A DNA stretch of 64,000 bases from Muribaculum sp. (GCF_029051885.1 NZ_JAIDKI010000037.1:2456-66455); one strand, 5' to 3'; counted from the stretch's first letter, positions 1-10,084 are shown. The notes: generated by a model from the sequence alone, not told the origin. Made by a program: numbers and translations.

Positions 1-1908
1 AGGAAGCTCTATCGACGTACGGTCGCCGTCGTCAAATCCAGGCTCGCGCACCTTGGCCTGCTCGCGCTCGAATGCGGGAGATATCCCCCCGGCAAACACT
101 ACTATGTCGGCATCGCCGGCACGAGCCACCACCTCATCGACAGTAAGCTCCTTCTGGCGGCATATGTCGAAGTTGAGAGTGGCGGCATCAGCTACCTGCA
201 TATAGTCCACGCCGATATCATATCGCTCACCCTTCTTTACCGGAAGTTTGCGGCTACGGTGGTTAAGCGGCTCAGCCTTCCAGCGCTCATGCACAGTGTC
301 GCCATTGATGATGATGCGCAATCCGTCGTCATTGTTGTAGATTACATCAAGTTCCTCGTCGGCCTCGGCTACAAACGACCCGCGCAGGCGCAGAGTGAAA
401 TGCTCGAGCTCGACTCCGGGAGCAAACACAGTGTTGCCGCCATTGTCAAGATTTACCGGTGAGGTATACCGCGCTGTCGCAGCCGGCGCGCCGGCCATCT
501 CCGTATTGTTCCAGTAGGTTCCGGTCATACCCGGAGCGCCGTCTTCGCCGGTAATGCGGTCGAAGATGCTTACCTTCTCTGTCGACGATGTTATGCCGCA
601 GGCCTGCATGTACGGCAGCGACTCGCCCAGACGGCCACGCATACCCTGGAGTATAGTCACCGTATGGCTCGGCTGTCCGTAATATATGCCCCACTGCATT
701 GTCGAGTCAGCGGCATTGGGGCCCATCACCATTATCTTCCTGTCAGTATCCAGAGGGAGCACTCCGTTGTTTTTAAGCAACACCATCTGCTCGCGCGCCG
801 CCTGCAGAGCGAGGTCGCGGTGGGCCTTGCAGTCGACCACACTCATCGGTATCGACGTCCACTCCACAAGAGAGTCGGGATCGAAATTACCGAGACGGAA
901 ACGCTCGGCAAGCAGACGCTTTACACACACATCGACAGCCTCTTCGCTGAGATAGCCTCTCTTCACAGCCTCGGGCAGATGCTTGTATACCGAGCCACAC
1001 TCGACATCGGTACCGCTCATCACACCAAGTGCGGTAGCCGTACGGGCATCCTCGGCCACACCGTGGCGCTTAGGCAGATAGAAATCGTTGATGGCTCCGC
1101 AGTCGCTCACCACCATTCCGTCAAAGCCCCATTCGTCGCGGAGTATCTGCTGAAGCAGGCGGTTGCTGCCGCAGCATGCCTCACCCTCAAAGCGCTGGTA
1201 GGCACACATCACCTCTCTCACTCCGGCGTCCTGCACAAGATTACGGAATGCCGGGAGATAAGTCTCCCACAGGTCGCGCGCGGGCAGATTCTCTATATTG
1301 AAATTATGACGGGTCTTCTCGGGGCCGCTGTGTACTGCGAAATGTTTTGCGCAGGCAAGCAGTTTGATATACTTCCGGGAGGTGTCGCCCTGTAGCGCCT
1401 GCACCACACGCGTGCCCATGCGCCCGTTCATATATGGATCCTCGCCGTAGCTCTCCTGACCGCGGCCCCAGCGAGGGTCACGGAAGATATTTACTGTCGG
1501 TGTCCAGAAACTCAGACACTTGTACTTGCCTATCTGACCGCGGCGGCGTGCTTCGGTGTTTTTGGCACGGGCCTCGTCGCTCACTGCGGTAAACACACGG
1601 TCGATCATATCATCATCGAACGAGGCCGCCATACCGATACACGACGGAAACACAGTGGCAAGCCCGTTGCGTCCCACACCGTGCAAAGCCTCGCTCCACC
1701 AGTCGAACGCAGGGATACCAAGGCGCTCTATCGCCGGCGAACTGTTCATCATCAGCCTGGCCTTCTCGTCTATGGTAAGACGTCCGCAAAGATCGGCGGC
1801 ACGTTGCTCAGGACTGAGCGACGCGTCAAGATAAGGTACGCGCTGGGCATGTCCCGCTACTACTGAGCCGACAGCCACAAGCATGATTATAATTCGTGGT
1901 AGTCTCAT
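1..1908 (-). CDS. Glycoside hydrolase family 3 (beta-glucosidase/beta-xylosidase type) with PA14-like insertion; C-terminus lies beyond the window edge
   Basis: Absent from the ORF track because it is open at the window edge. Hand translation of the minus strand from ATG 1908..1906 gives the signal peptide MRLPRIIIMLVAVGSVVAGHAQ. GH3 motifs follow: LTIDEKARLMMNSSPAIERLGIPAFDWWSEALHGV, FRDPRWGRGQESYGEDPY, GFDGMVVSDCGA. The frame stays open for 636 codons down to base 1. A PA14-like stretch (GMTGTYWNNTEMAGAPA...) is present. Confidence 0.9.
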   Translation of the reverse strand, partial: MRLPRIIIMLVAVGSVVAGHAQRVPYLDASLSPEQRAADLCGRLTIDEKARLMMNSSPAIERLGIPAFDWWSEALHGVGRNGLATVFPSCIGMAASFDDDMIDRVFTAVSDEARAKNTEARRRGQIGKYKCLSFWTPTVNIFRDPRWGRGQESYGEDPYMNGRMGTRVVQALQGDTSRKYIKLLACAKHFAVHSGPEKTRHNFNIENLPARDLWETYLPAFRNLVQDAGVREVMCAYQRFEGEACCGSNRLLQQILRDEWGFDGMVVSDCGAINDFYLPKRHGVAEDARTATALGVMSGTDVECGSVYKHLPEAVKRGYLSEEAVDVCVKRLLAERFRLGNFDPDSLVEWTSIPMSVVDCKAHRDLALQAAREQMVLLKNNGVLPLDTDRKIMVMGPNAADSTMQWGIYYGQPSHTVTILQGMRGRLGESLPYMQACGITSSTEKVSIFDRITGEDGAPGMTGTYWNNTEMAGAPAATARYTSPVNLDNGGNTVFAPGVELEHFTLRLRGSFVAEADEELDVIYNNDDGLRIIINGDTVHERWKAEPLNHRSRKLPVKKGERYDIGVDYMQVADAATLNFDICRQKELTVDEVVARAGDADIVVFAGGISPAFEREQAKVREPGFDDGDRTSIELP

Positions 1909-2108
1909 AAGGTTAAGAACTTGTTAACAATATTTGCTTTCTATGTTTTTTTGCGAAGATAAATCGTATATCGCTCATTAAAGCGCACTTATTATCGCAA
2001 AAAGCCCCGGCGGGACAGCGATAGCACAAATTTGTCGGAAAGGGTGTAATTTTTGACTTTTCGACTGATTCGCGCGCCCGGAGTATTTCTCCGGTTCAAT
2101 CTTTGACA

Positions 2109-2116
2109 TAATTTTG
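2109..2116 (+). promoter_or_regulatory. Candidate Bacteroidota primary-sigma -7 box (TAATTTTG; consensus TAnnTTTG) upstream of the CE8 gene
   Basis: Exact match to TAnnTTTG about 120 nt upstream of ATG 2236. A GCCGGA/TCCGGC hairpin lies in the putative leader (about 2183-2208). Confidence 0.4.
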
Positions 2117-2235
2117 TCTACAAAGCCAATTGTGCAAATAGCCATAAACTGATTTTTATTTCTAATCCAATATCCGTTAAGGACGCCGGAGAGAGATTAA
2201 TCCGGCATCCATAACCTTAAAATCAACCATCATTC

Positions 2236-5200
2236 ATGTTTAAAAATCTTAATTCAGCCCTGACCCTGTCGGCCATAATGGCGATAGGAGGACTCTCGAC
2301 CGCCGCTGCTACGGGCGATCCCGTTGCAATCCCCACTCCGGCCGGAACATTCATCGACTGGAACAACTGCGACTTCAACGGCACATCAGGCAAAGTCGAA
2401 AACAACGGTGACAACATCGGCTCTACCGGTGAGAACACAAATGTCACCTTCAATCTCGTCAGCGAGGCAGAAGGCAGCTATCAGTTCACCATCGCTACCG
2501 GACACAAAGGCACTGCGTATATGGACATATCCATATCCACCGCAGAGTGCGACACTCTCTTCAAAGCCGTCCACAAGATGGAGAACACCGGTTCATGGTC
2601 TCCATCGACAACATCCAAATTCTACACTCCGGTACTCCCCGCCGGCAACTACATCCTCACCCTCAAGGCTCGCGACCTCGAAGGGAGCAACTATGCCGGC
2701 AACTGGGGCCGACTCGCTCTATATAGCGACGATGTCGACAATAGCGAACACATCCCCGGCACTGTCACCATCGCAAAATCGACTCTCATAGGAGGTGCAC
2801 GCAACGAAGGCCAGAATATCGGATACGTAAAGAACGGATGCGGTACTTCCAACGAAATCACTGTCGACCAGGCCGGTGTATACGCCATGACCCTTCCGGT
2901 GTCGCGCTATGGCGACGGAGTGCTCAATGTCACAGTCACCAACCAGAGCAATGTCGTCGAGGCTGAGACCAACTGGACCCTCCCCGCCGAATCGCCTAAC
3001 TACACAGAGCATGTAATAAACCTCGAGGGCGAACTGACCACAGGCCGCAAAGTGCTCAAACTCGTGTTCAATGCCAATCACGGCGGCTTCATCGCCAACT
3101 ACAAGGATATGGTGCTCGAGAAAATTGCCGACCACTGCGCCACATTCCGCGGCGTGGCAATCGACGGTCAGGATGTGACCGCCGGTGAGGGATACGACTG
3201 GAACTGCAACCTTCCGCTCGACTTCGCCGCCACAACCACCGTCAAGACCAACGCCAATGCCAACGCAATCATTACCGCGACAGCTGTCGACGGAGATGGC
3301 AATGCCGTGGCTGTGACCAACAACGGCGACGGCACATTCACCCTTCCCACTCCCGCAGGCAGCACACAGACCATCGTCACATTCAATGTAGCGGCCGAAG
3401 AGGGTGTGCTCGTGTTCAATGACACCTACACACTCCGCCTCTACCGCATAGGCGACATCATCGTCAACTCTCTCACCATCGACGAAGTAAATGCTCCCGC
3501 CGAACTGCTGGAAGCACTCAACGCATCGGGCACCGACATTACCGCGACTCTCAGCGACTGGATTTTCACCGCCGAGCCTACAATCGTGGCCACATTCTCC
3601 GACAACAGCAAAGTGACCGCTACCGGTACTGTCAACGGCGCCGAAGGCACATTCACCTTCAAGGGCGAAGCCGGCTCAAAGAGCAAGAACTATACAATCA
3701 ACGTAGCAGGCTTCCATATCTACAACGCAGCCGAGAACGACGAGATGGTAAAACTCGTCTACGACTCCTCGCTCAACCAGGCCGACGGCTCGTGGAGCAA
3801 CGGATCCTACTCACTCAATCCCGCCAACGACGGATGGGGTGGCACACAGTTCAAATTCAAGAACAACACCGAAATCACACTCTCCGTACCCACCAACGTG
3901 GTAATCAAGCAGATCAAGTTTACCAATCTCAAGGACAATTACACCCCCGGCACAATCGGATATGTGACTTCCGAAGGCGCGACAGTCTATCTCCCCACCG
4001 CCACATACTTCCGCAATGGCGACGGAGCGGAGAAAAACATCTTCGTCAACTTCGAGGGCCACAAAGCAGGCACTCCCGTAAAATTCCTCTTCACCCCCGG
4101 CAGCCAGCCCGTGGCATGGTTTGAAATCCTCATCAATAAGGAAGCACTCTCCACACCGCCCGCAGTCAACAGCGCTTCTGCAACACCGACATCCAATATC
4201 AACCACGCAGTGGCAACATTCAACTTCGACCGCGAGATGAAGAGCGTCACAGCATTTGTAGGCGAGCAGGCTGTCGAAGGCGAAGTAGCCGGAGCTACAG
4301 TACGCTTCAAGGTATGGGATCTCCCCTACAATGCCACATCCCAGCTCGTGATTCCCGCCGGAAAGGCCGAGGACACATTCGGCAATGTCAATGACAAGGA
4401 CATAGTCCTCTCAATGACCGTAGGCGCTCCTGCCACAGTCGAGGCCATCGAACCTATAGTTGTAGGCAATGTCGACGAATGGAAATCAGCGTTTGCCGCA
4501 GTGGCTGCCTCCAACAACACTGCCGACGCTCCGCGTGCTGTGATTTTCGTGAAAAACGGCGACTACGACTTCGGCTCGGAAGAGCAGACTCTCCGCGCAT
4601 ACAACGTGTCGATTATCGGTGAGAGCCGCGAAGGCGTAATCCTCCACGGCAACCGCACCGGTATCTCCAACCCCATCATCTCTACACGCAACGCTACCGC
4701 CACATACTTCCAGGATCTCACCATCCGCAACGACCTCGACTTCGGTGCTGACAAGCGCCAGGGCGTAGGTGCTGCATTCTACGGCGGCAACAAGGACATC
4801 ATGTCAAATGTAGCCCTCCAGTCGATTCAGGACACATATGTCACCGGCAACCAGAGCTATCTCGACCGCTGCTTCATCCACGGTTCTGTCGACTATATCT
4901 GCGGCGGAGGCGACCACTTCTTCGACCACTGCGACATCATCCATGAGATTGAAGGCGGCTACATCACAGCCCCCTCTACATCGGTCAACAACAAGTATGG
5001 CTACGTATTCGAGAGCAACACCATATCGGGCTACGGACCATATGCGCTCGGACGCCCCTGGCATAACGAACCCCGCGCATACTTCCTCAACACAATCATG
5101 ATTGCCGAGGCAAGCGCCGAAGGATGGGGCTCGATGGGTACTCTTCCGACCCACTTCTACGAGTACAACTCTATGGACAAGGACGGCAACCCCATCGACC

Positions 5201-5715
5201 TCAGCACCCGCAAGAACTCTCCGACATCTACCAACACATACACTCCCATACTCTCTGAGGAAGAGGCCGCACGCCTTACCGTACGCAACGTACTCTGCGG
5301 CAACGACTCCTGGGATCCCGCATCGGCCACACTGCAGTGTGCGGCTCCTGAAAGCGCAGCCATCTCCGGAACAACCCTCACATGGTCGGCTGTCGCCAAC
5401 GCATCGGGCTACGCCGTATTCCGCAACGGAGAATACCTCGCCCACACCTCAGCCACAAGCTATGACCTCAACGCCAACGACGGAGCCTCATACACCGTAC
5501 GCGCAGCCAACGCCCACGGCGGTCTGGGAGCTGCATCCGAGGCTGTGACAGGCGGCACATCAGGCATCGACGCTGTAATCGGCGAGAATCAGGCGGTATC
5601 TGCCGTATACTACAACCTCCAGGGTGTACAGGTCGACGCCGACACCAAAGGCACTGTGATACGCGTGGAAATCCTCCCCGACGGCACACGCCGCTCCGAG
5701 AAGATGATAAAATAA
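2236..5715 (+). CDS. Multidomain secreted pectin methylesterase (CE8) with CBM-like, Ig-like and FN3-like modules and a T9SS C-terminal sorting tail
   Basis: 1159-aa ORF with signal peptide MFKNLNSALTLSAIMAIGGLSTAAA. CE8 catalytic motifs: SIQDTYV (QDT), GSVDYICGGG (equivalent of GxxDFIFG) and ALGRPW. FN3-like segment TLTWSAVANASGYAVFRNGEY. The C-terminal tail SGIDAV...AVYYNLQGVQVDADTKGTVIRVEILPDGTRRSEKMIK resembles T9SS type A sorting domains. Confidence 0.9.
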   Translation: MFKNLNSALTLSAIMAIGGLSTAAATGDPVAIPTPAGTFIDWNNCDFNGTSGKVENNGDNIGSTGENTNVTFNLVSEAEGSYQFTIATGHKGTAYMDISISTAECDTLFKAVHKMENTGSWSPSTTSKFYTPVLPAGNYILTLKARDLEGSNYAGNWGRLALYSDDVDNSEHIPGTVTIAKSTLIGGARNEGQNIGYVKNGCGTSNEITVDQAGVYAMTLPVSRYGDGVLNVTVTNQSNVVEAETNWTLPAESPNYTEHVINLEGELTTGRKVLKLVFNANHGGFIANYKDMVLEKIADHCATFRGVAIDGQDVTAGEGYDWNCNLPLDFAATTTVKTNANANAIITATAVDGDGNAVAVTNNGDGTFTLPTPAGSTQTIVTFNVAAEEGVLVFNDTYTLRLYRIGDIIVNSLTIDEVNAPAELLEALNASGTDITATLSDWIFTAEPTIVATFSDNSKVTATGTVNGAEGTFTFKGEAGSKSKNYTINVAGFHIYNAAENDEMVKLVYDSSLNQADGSWSNGSYSLNPANDGWGGTQFKFKNNTEITLSVPTNVVIKQIKFTNLKDNYTPGTIGYVTSEGATVYLPTATYFRNGDGAEKNIFVNFEGHKAGTPVKFLFTPGSQPVAWFEILINKEALSTPPAVNSASATPTSNINHAVATFNFDREMKSVTAFVGEQAVEGEVAGATVRFKVWDLPYNATSQLVIPAGKAEDTFGNVNDKDIVLSMTVGAPATVEAIEPIVVGNVDEWKSAFAAVAASNNTADAPRAVIFVKNGDYDFGSEEQTLRAYNVSIIGESREGVILHGNRTGISNPIISTRNATATYFQDLTIRNDLDFGADKRQGVGAAFYGGNKDIMSNVALQSIQDTYVTGNQSYLDRCFIHGSVDYICGGGDHFFDHCDIIHEIEGGYITAPSTSVNNKYGYVFESNTISGYGPYALGRPWHNEPRAYFLNTIMIAEASAEGWGSMGTLPTHFYEYNSMDKDGNPIDLSTRKNSPTSTNTYTPILSEEEAARLTVRNVLCGNDSWDPASATLQCAAPESAAISGTTLTWSAVANASGYAVFRNGEYLAHTSATSYDLNANDGASYTVRAANAHGGLGAASEAVTGGTSGIDAVIGENQAVSAVYYNLQGVQVDADTKGTVIRVEILPDGTRRSEKMIK

Positions 5716-5743
5716 TCTTTCTATAATCTATACCCACCGACAC

Positions 5744-5780
5744 GGGGCACGCCACATCCGAGGCGTGCCCCGCTTGTTTA
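5744..5780 (+). terminator. Hairpin (GGGGCACGCC / GGCGTGCCCC) with a weak U-tract after the CE8 gene
   Basis: Perfect 10-bp GC-rich stem at 5744-5753 / 5762-5771 with an 8-nt loop, followed by GCTTGTTT. Confidence 0.5.
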
Positions 5781-5869
5781 CACCGACGTGTCGTAATTTC
5801 CACCTGCAATTTGCCCGAATCCACCATCTTTCGGCAAATTTTCACCCCCGCATGCTGTACATGTTGTCT

Positions 5870-5877
5870 AATTTTGC
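5870..5877 (+). promoter_or_regulatory. Candidate -7 box TAATTTTG upstream of the first PL1 gene
   Basis: Exact TAnnTTTG match 21 nt upstream of ATG 5898. This supports 5898 as the real start rather than the track start 5811. Confidence 0.5.
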
Positions 5878-5897
5878 ACCGACCAATCTACGATGTC

Positions 5898-7997
5898 ATG
5901 AAAACCAGACTCCTGATTACATACATGATGCTCATCATCGCTTCCGTAGCCGCCTCGGCACAGGAGCGCATAGAGCGCACGCCGGCATTCCCCGGAGCCG
6001 AGGGATGGGGGCGTTATGTGACAGGCGGACGTGGTGGAAAGGTACTGCACGTGACCAATCTGCGCGACTCCGGCTACGGGTCGCTGCGCTGGGCATGCGA
6101 ACAGACGGGGCCGCGCATCGTAGTTTTTGACGTCTCCGGCACAATATACCTCCAGAGCGACCTCAAGATTACCAACGGCAACCTCACACTCGCCGGACAG
6201 ACAGCGCCGGGCGACGGCATATGCGTGGCCGACTACCCGGTGACATTCGCCTGCTCCAACGTGATAGCCCGCTACATGCGTTTCAGGCCAGGCAACCGCA
6301 TGGCCGAAATCGAGGGCGACGGATTTGAGCCCGACGGGCTCGGTGCCGTCGACTCGCGCCTCATCATAGTCGACCACTGCTCTATATCATGGAGCGTCGA
6401 CGAATGCTGCTCCATCTACGGCAACCGCTTCACCACCGTACAATGGTGTATAATATCCCAGAGCCTGCGCTACGGAGGCCACTCGAAAAAAACTCACGGC
6501 TATGGAGCAATGATGGGCGGAGAGGGTGCATCGTACCACCACAATCTGCTCGTGCACCACGACTCGCGCTGTCCGCGACTGGGCGAACGACCCGCCACAG
6601 GAGCACGCGACACCACCGACTTCCGATGCAACGTGATGTACAACTGGAGCGGACAGGGTTGCTACGGAGCCGAGAACATGAACGCCAACATCGTCAACAA
6701 CTACTATAAGCCGGGACCCGGCACAATAGCGTCGCGCGCAGTCGGCTACCAGCGCCGCATATGCGGAGTGGCAGTCAACGAGCAGGAGGGACACGAGATG
6801 TACCACGTATGGGCCCGACTCTTTGTCGACGGCAACGTCAACTCACGCCACCCGGCGGTCGATGCCGACAACTGGGGCCTGGGCATATGGCAGCAGATTT
6901 CCGACACCTATCGCAACAATCCCGAAAAATACAACCTCGACGAGAGCCGCATGCGCCTCAAAGAGCCGATGAAATATTACCACGTGACAACCCACTCCGC
7001 GGCCGATGCCTACCAACGGGTGCTCGACCACGCCGGAGCGTCACTGTCGCGCGACTCACACGACGCACTGATGGTATCCGACGTGCGCAACGGCTATGCC
7101 ACCTACACCGGCTCAGGCGCCGGAAATGCAAAGGGAATCATCGACTCTCCCTACGACAACCGCCCTGCCGATGCTCCCGACAACTGGAATCCATGGCCGG
7201 TACTCAACTCCAAGGAAGCGCCCCTCGACACTGACCGCGACGGTATGCCCGACTCATGGGAACTCGCCCGCGGGCTCGACCCGGCCGACCCGGCAGATGC
7301 GCTGCTGACCGACGACGAAGGCTACACCATGGTAGAGGTATACATCAACTCGCTCGTCGACCATATCACCTCCACACAGAACGAGGGCGGAACCACCGAC
7401 GGCGACTGCGAATACCTGCCCGACATCCAACCCTCCTACACTGTAGCCACCTCCACCCGCATCCCCTCCACCTGGAGTTTCGGCAACGATATCACACTCT
7501 CCAACGACGCCGGAAAAAGCTACGGCACACGCGGCGACTACATACGCCTCACCCGCGACGTGCGCCATACCCTCACCCTCCCCTCGCGTGCCGAGGTCGA
7601 CCGCATACGCTTCGAGGGATTCACATACTACAATTCCGACAGCTACTCCGACGCCTCTCTCACCGAATTCAACGGCACCGTCTACCCGGAATCAACATTC
7701 GCCATCGCGAAAAATTCCGACATATCCACCGCTCCCTCATCCTTCGAAATAAAGCTGGCAGAGCCTGCGACCGACAAAATCACATTCGTATGGCAAGACA
7801 ACAACCCATGCCTGCGGATTACCCTCTTCACCTCCAATCCACCGGCCACAGCCGCCATCGGCGAGATTCGCCGCGACCAGCCCGAAGGCTCCTACGATAC
7901 CGCCTGGTACACCCTCCAGGGCCACAGGCTCCCCGCCGAGCCATCAGCCCCCGGACTCTACATCCACCGCGGACGCAAAATAATCATACGTAATTAA
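5898..7997 (+). CDS. Pectate lyase, polysaccharide lyase family 1 (PL1), with TSP3-like Ca-binding motif, an uncharacterised C-terminal module and a T9SS tail
   Basis: Start moved from track start 5811 to ATG 5898, giving signal peptide MKTRLLITYMMLIIASVAASAQ. PL1 motifs: AFPGAEGWGRYVTGGRGGKV, AGQTAPGDGI, IIVDHCSISWSVDE, HHNLLVHHDSRCPRL. TSP3-like motif DTDRDGMPDSWELARGLDPADPADA. Tail AWYTLQGHRLPAEPSAPGLYIHRGRKIIIRN. Confidence 0.9.
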   Translation: MKTRLLITYMMLIIASVAASAQERIERTPAFPGAEGWGRYVTGGRGGKVLHVTNLRDSGYGSLRWACEQTGPRIVVFDVSGTIYLQSDLKITNGNLTLAGQTAPGDGICVADYPVTFACSNVIARYMRFRPGNRMAEIEGDGFEPDGLGAVDSRLIIVDHCSISWSVDECCSIYGNRFTTVQWCIISQSLRYGGHSKKTHGYGAMMGGEGASYHHNLLVHHDSRCPRLGERPATGARDTTDFRCNVMYNWSGQGCYGAENMNANIVNNYYKPGPGTIASRAVGYQRRICGVAVNEQEGHEMYHVWARLFVDGNVNSRHPAVDADNWGLGIWQQISDTYRNNPEKYNLDESRMRLKEPMKYYHVTTHSAADAYQRVLDHAGASLSRDSHDALMVSDVRNGYATYTGSGAGNAKGIIDSPYDNRPADAPDNWNPWPVLNSKEAPLDTDRDGMPDSWELARGLDPADPADALLTDDEGYTMVEVYINSLVDHITSTQNEGGTTDGDCEYLPDIQPSYTVATSTRIPSTWSFGNDITLSNDAGKSYGTRGDYIRLTRDVRHTLTLPSRAEVDRIRFEGFTYYNSDSYSDASLTEFNGTVYPESTFAIAKNSDISTAPSSFEIKLAEPATDKITFVWQDNNPCLRITLFTSNPPATAAIGEIRRDQPEGSYDTAWYTLQGHRLPAEPSAPGLYIHRGRKIIIRN

Positions 7998-8008
7998 CCT
8001 GACGAATC

Positions 8009-10084
8009 ATGAAATATCTTCTCCCCATCATCGCATTGCCGCTGCTCGTATCGGCAGCCGAGACTCCGGAAAAGACTCCTGCGTTTCCCGGAGCCGAAGG
8101 TTTCGGACGCTACACCACAGGCGGACGCGGAGGCAATGTATACCACGTCACCAACCTTAAGGATGACGCCAAGCTGAAAGGTACCCTCCGCTGGGCACTC
8201 GCACAGTCGGGTCCGCGCACTATTGTATTCGACGTATCGGGCACAATACATCTATCCTCAGGCCTTACCATTTCATCCAACACCACCATAGCCGGACAGA
8301 CCGCGCCCGGCGACGGCATATGCATCGCCGACTATCCTGTAAACGTATCGGCCAACTGTATCGTACGCTACATGCGATTCCGCCTCGGCAACAAGAATGT
8401 GACCGCCAACGGAGCCGACGGATGGGACGGACTGTCGGTGATGGACACCCACGACGTAATCATCGACCACTGCTCGATTTCATGGAGTATCGACGAATGC
8501 TGCTCGATACTCGGCAACTCCAACACCACGCTGCAGTGGAGCATAATCGACCAGAGCCTCGTAAACGCCGGACACTCCAAGGGCGCCCACGGATACGGAG
8601 GCAACTGGGGTGGCTCAGGCGCTTCATTCCACCACAACCTGATAGCCCACCACGGATCGCGCACTCCCCGACTCGGTCCGCGTCCCACCACCCAGCTCGA
8701 CGAACGCATGGACATGCGCAACAATGTCATCTACAACTTCGGAGGCAACGGATGCTACGGCGGCGAGGGCATGAACGTGAACATCGTCAACAACTACTAC
8801 AAGCCCGGCCCCGCAACCCCCACCAACTACCGAGGCCGACGTATTGCAGGCGTAGGCGTACGCACCAACTCCTACTGCACCACATATCCCGCATATACCC
8901 CGGCCCTACACCTCTGGGGAAAATACTTCGTGGAAGGAAACGTCAACACGAAATATGCCGATGTGACCGCCGACAACTGGAAAAACGGATTCCTCAACCA
9001 GATTGACAAAAGCGACAGTGCAACCGACGGAACATATCCCGGCGACGACGCGCTCCGCCTCGACACTCCCATCGACTTTATCTCCACCACCACCCATTCG
9101 GCCGACGACGCCTACGCACGTGTGCTCGACTATGCCGGAGCATCGCTGTCGCGCGACTCCCACGACGACTTCATCATCTCCGACGCCAGAAAAGGCACAG
9201 CAACATACACCGGCAAAGGCAACAGCCGCGGCCTCATAAACAGCCAGGAGGACAACAAGCCTTCGGATGCACCCGCCAACTGGTCGGCATGGCCCGAACT
9301 GGAATCAATCACTGCTCCTGTCGACACCGACGGCGACGGAATACCCGACGAGTGGGAAACCGAACATGGTCTCAACCCCAACAACCCTGCCGACGCTCTG
9401 ACTCTCGACCAGGACCGCTACACCATGCTCGAGGTATACCTCAACTCGCTCGTCGACCACATAACCGAGGCACAGAACGAAGGCGGAACCACCGAAGGCT
9501 CCATAATATACTCCGACCCGGTGGCCGAAAGCTACACCATATGCACAGCCAACCGCGAAGGCTCTTCCTGGAGCTTCGGCAACGGAATATCCATATCAAA
9601 CACCGAAGGCAAAGGCTACGGTACAAAGGGCGACTTCATCCGATTCAACGAGGATGTCACCCACACTGTGACCCTCCCGACATATGCCGAAGTGAGCCGA
9701 ATGAAGTTTGAGGGATGCACATACTACACATCCGACAAATACTCCGATGCATCGCTCATCGCACTCAACGGAGCCGAGTTTGAAGCCGGCGACTATGTCA
9801 TAGCCAAGACCGCCTCGACCGACAATCCCGACTCATTTGAAGTCACACTCTCCCAACCCGCAAAAGAGTCGCTTACATTCAGCTTCACAGGCAACCGCCC
9901 ATGCGTGCGCATCACTCTCTACACCGCCAACTCATCCACATCGGGCATTGAAGAGATTGAGGGCGATACCCGCGAAGACGCCGACGACGCATGGTATACA
10001 CTACAGGGTATACGTCTCGACCGACAGCCGTCGACACCCGGACTGTATATACACAACGGACGAAAAATATTCATACGCAGATAG
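8009..10084 (+). CDS. Pectate lyase PL1, tandem paralogue of the preceding gene, with the same architecture and a T9SS tail
   Basis: 691 aa with signal peptide MKYLLPIIALPLLVSAA. Motifs AFPGAEGFGRYTTGGRGGNV, AGQTAPGDGI, VIIDHCSISWSIDE, HHNLIAHHGSRTPRL. TSP3-like motif DTDGDGIPDEWETEHGLNPNNPADA. Tail AWYTLQGIRLDRQPSTPGLYIHNGRKIFIRR. Only 11 nt separate it from the upstream stop, so the two are probably co-transcribed. Confidence 0.9.
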   Translation: MKYLLPIIALPLLVSAAETPEKTPAFPGAEGFGRYTTGGRGGNVYHVTNLKDDAKLKGTLRWALAQSGPRTIVFDVSGTIHLSSGLTISSNTTIAGQTAPGDGICIADYPVNVSANCIVRYMRFRLGNKNVTANGADGWDGLSVMDTHDVIIDHCSISWSIDECCSILGNSNTTLQWSIIDQSLVNAGHSKGAHGYGGNWGGSGASFHHNLIAHHGSRTPRLGPRPTTQLDERMDMRNNVIYNFGGNGCYGGEGMNVNIVNNYYKPGPATPTNYRGRRIAGVGVRTNSYCTTYPAYTPALHLWGKYFVEGNVNTKYADVTADNWKNGFLNQIDKSDSATDGTYPGDDALRLDTPIDFISTTTHSADDAYARVLDYAGASLSRDSHDDFIISDARKGTATYTGKGNSRGLINSQEDNKPSDAPANWSAWPELESITAPVDTDGDGIPDEWETEHGLNPNNPADALTLDQDRYTMLEVYLNSLVDHITEAQNEGGTTEGSIIYSDPVAESYTICTANREGSSWSFGNGISISNTEGKGYGTKGDFIRFNEDVTHTVTLPTYAEVSRMKFEGCTYYTSDKYSDASLIALNGAEFEAGDYVIAKTASTDNPDSFEVTLSQPAKESLTFSFTGNRPCVRITLYTANSSTSGIEEIEGDTREDADDAWYTLQGIRLDRQPSTPGLYIHNGRKIFIRR

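Noticed and set aside
5811-5897. N-terminal extensions given by the ORF track (5811, 16825, 21881, 22839, 56315) and TTG starts at 43888 and 45916
   Set aside because: In each case an internal ATG is followed immediately by a canonical signal peptide, lipoprotein box or conserved N-terminus. For 5898, 16984 and 56372 a TAnnTTTG box also lies inside or just before the extension. I therefore used the shorter coordinates. The true starts remain predictions.
7219-7293. The DTDRDGMPDSWE...DPADPADA motif in the PL1 lyases (and its counterpart at about 9318-9392) considered as a dockerin
   Set aside because: There is only a single Ca-binding loop per protein, rather than the duplicated F-hand of dockerins. 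The pattern fits the bacterial thrombospondin-type-3-like repeat better. No cohesin-like partner is seen.
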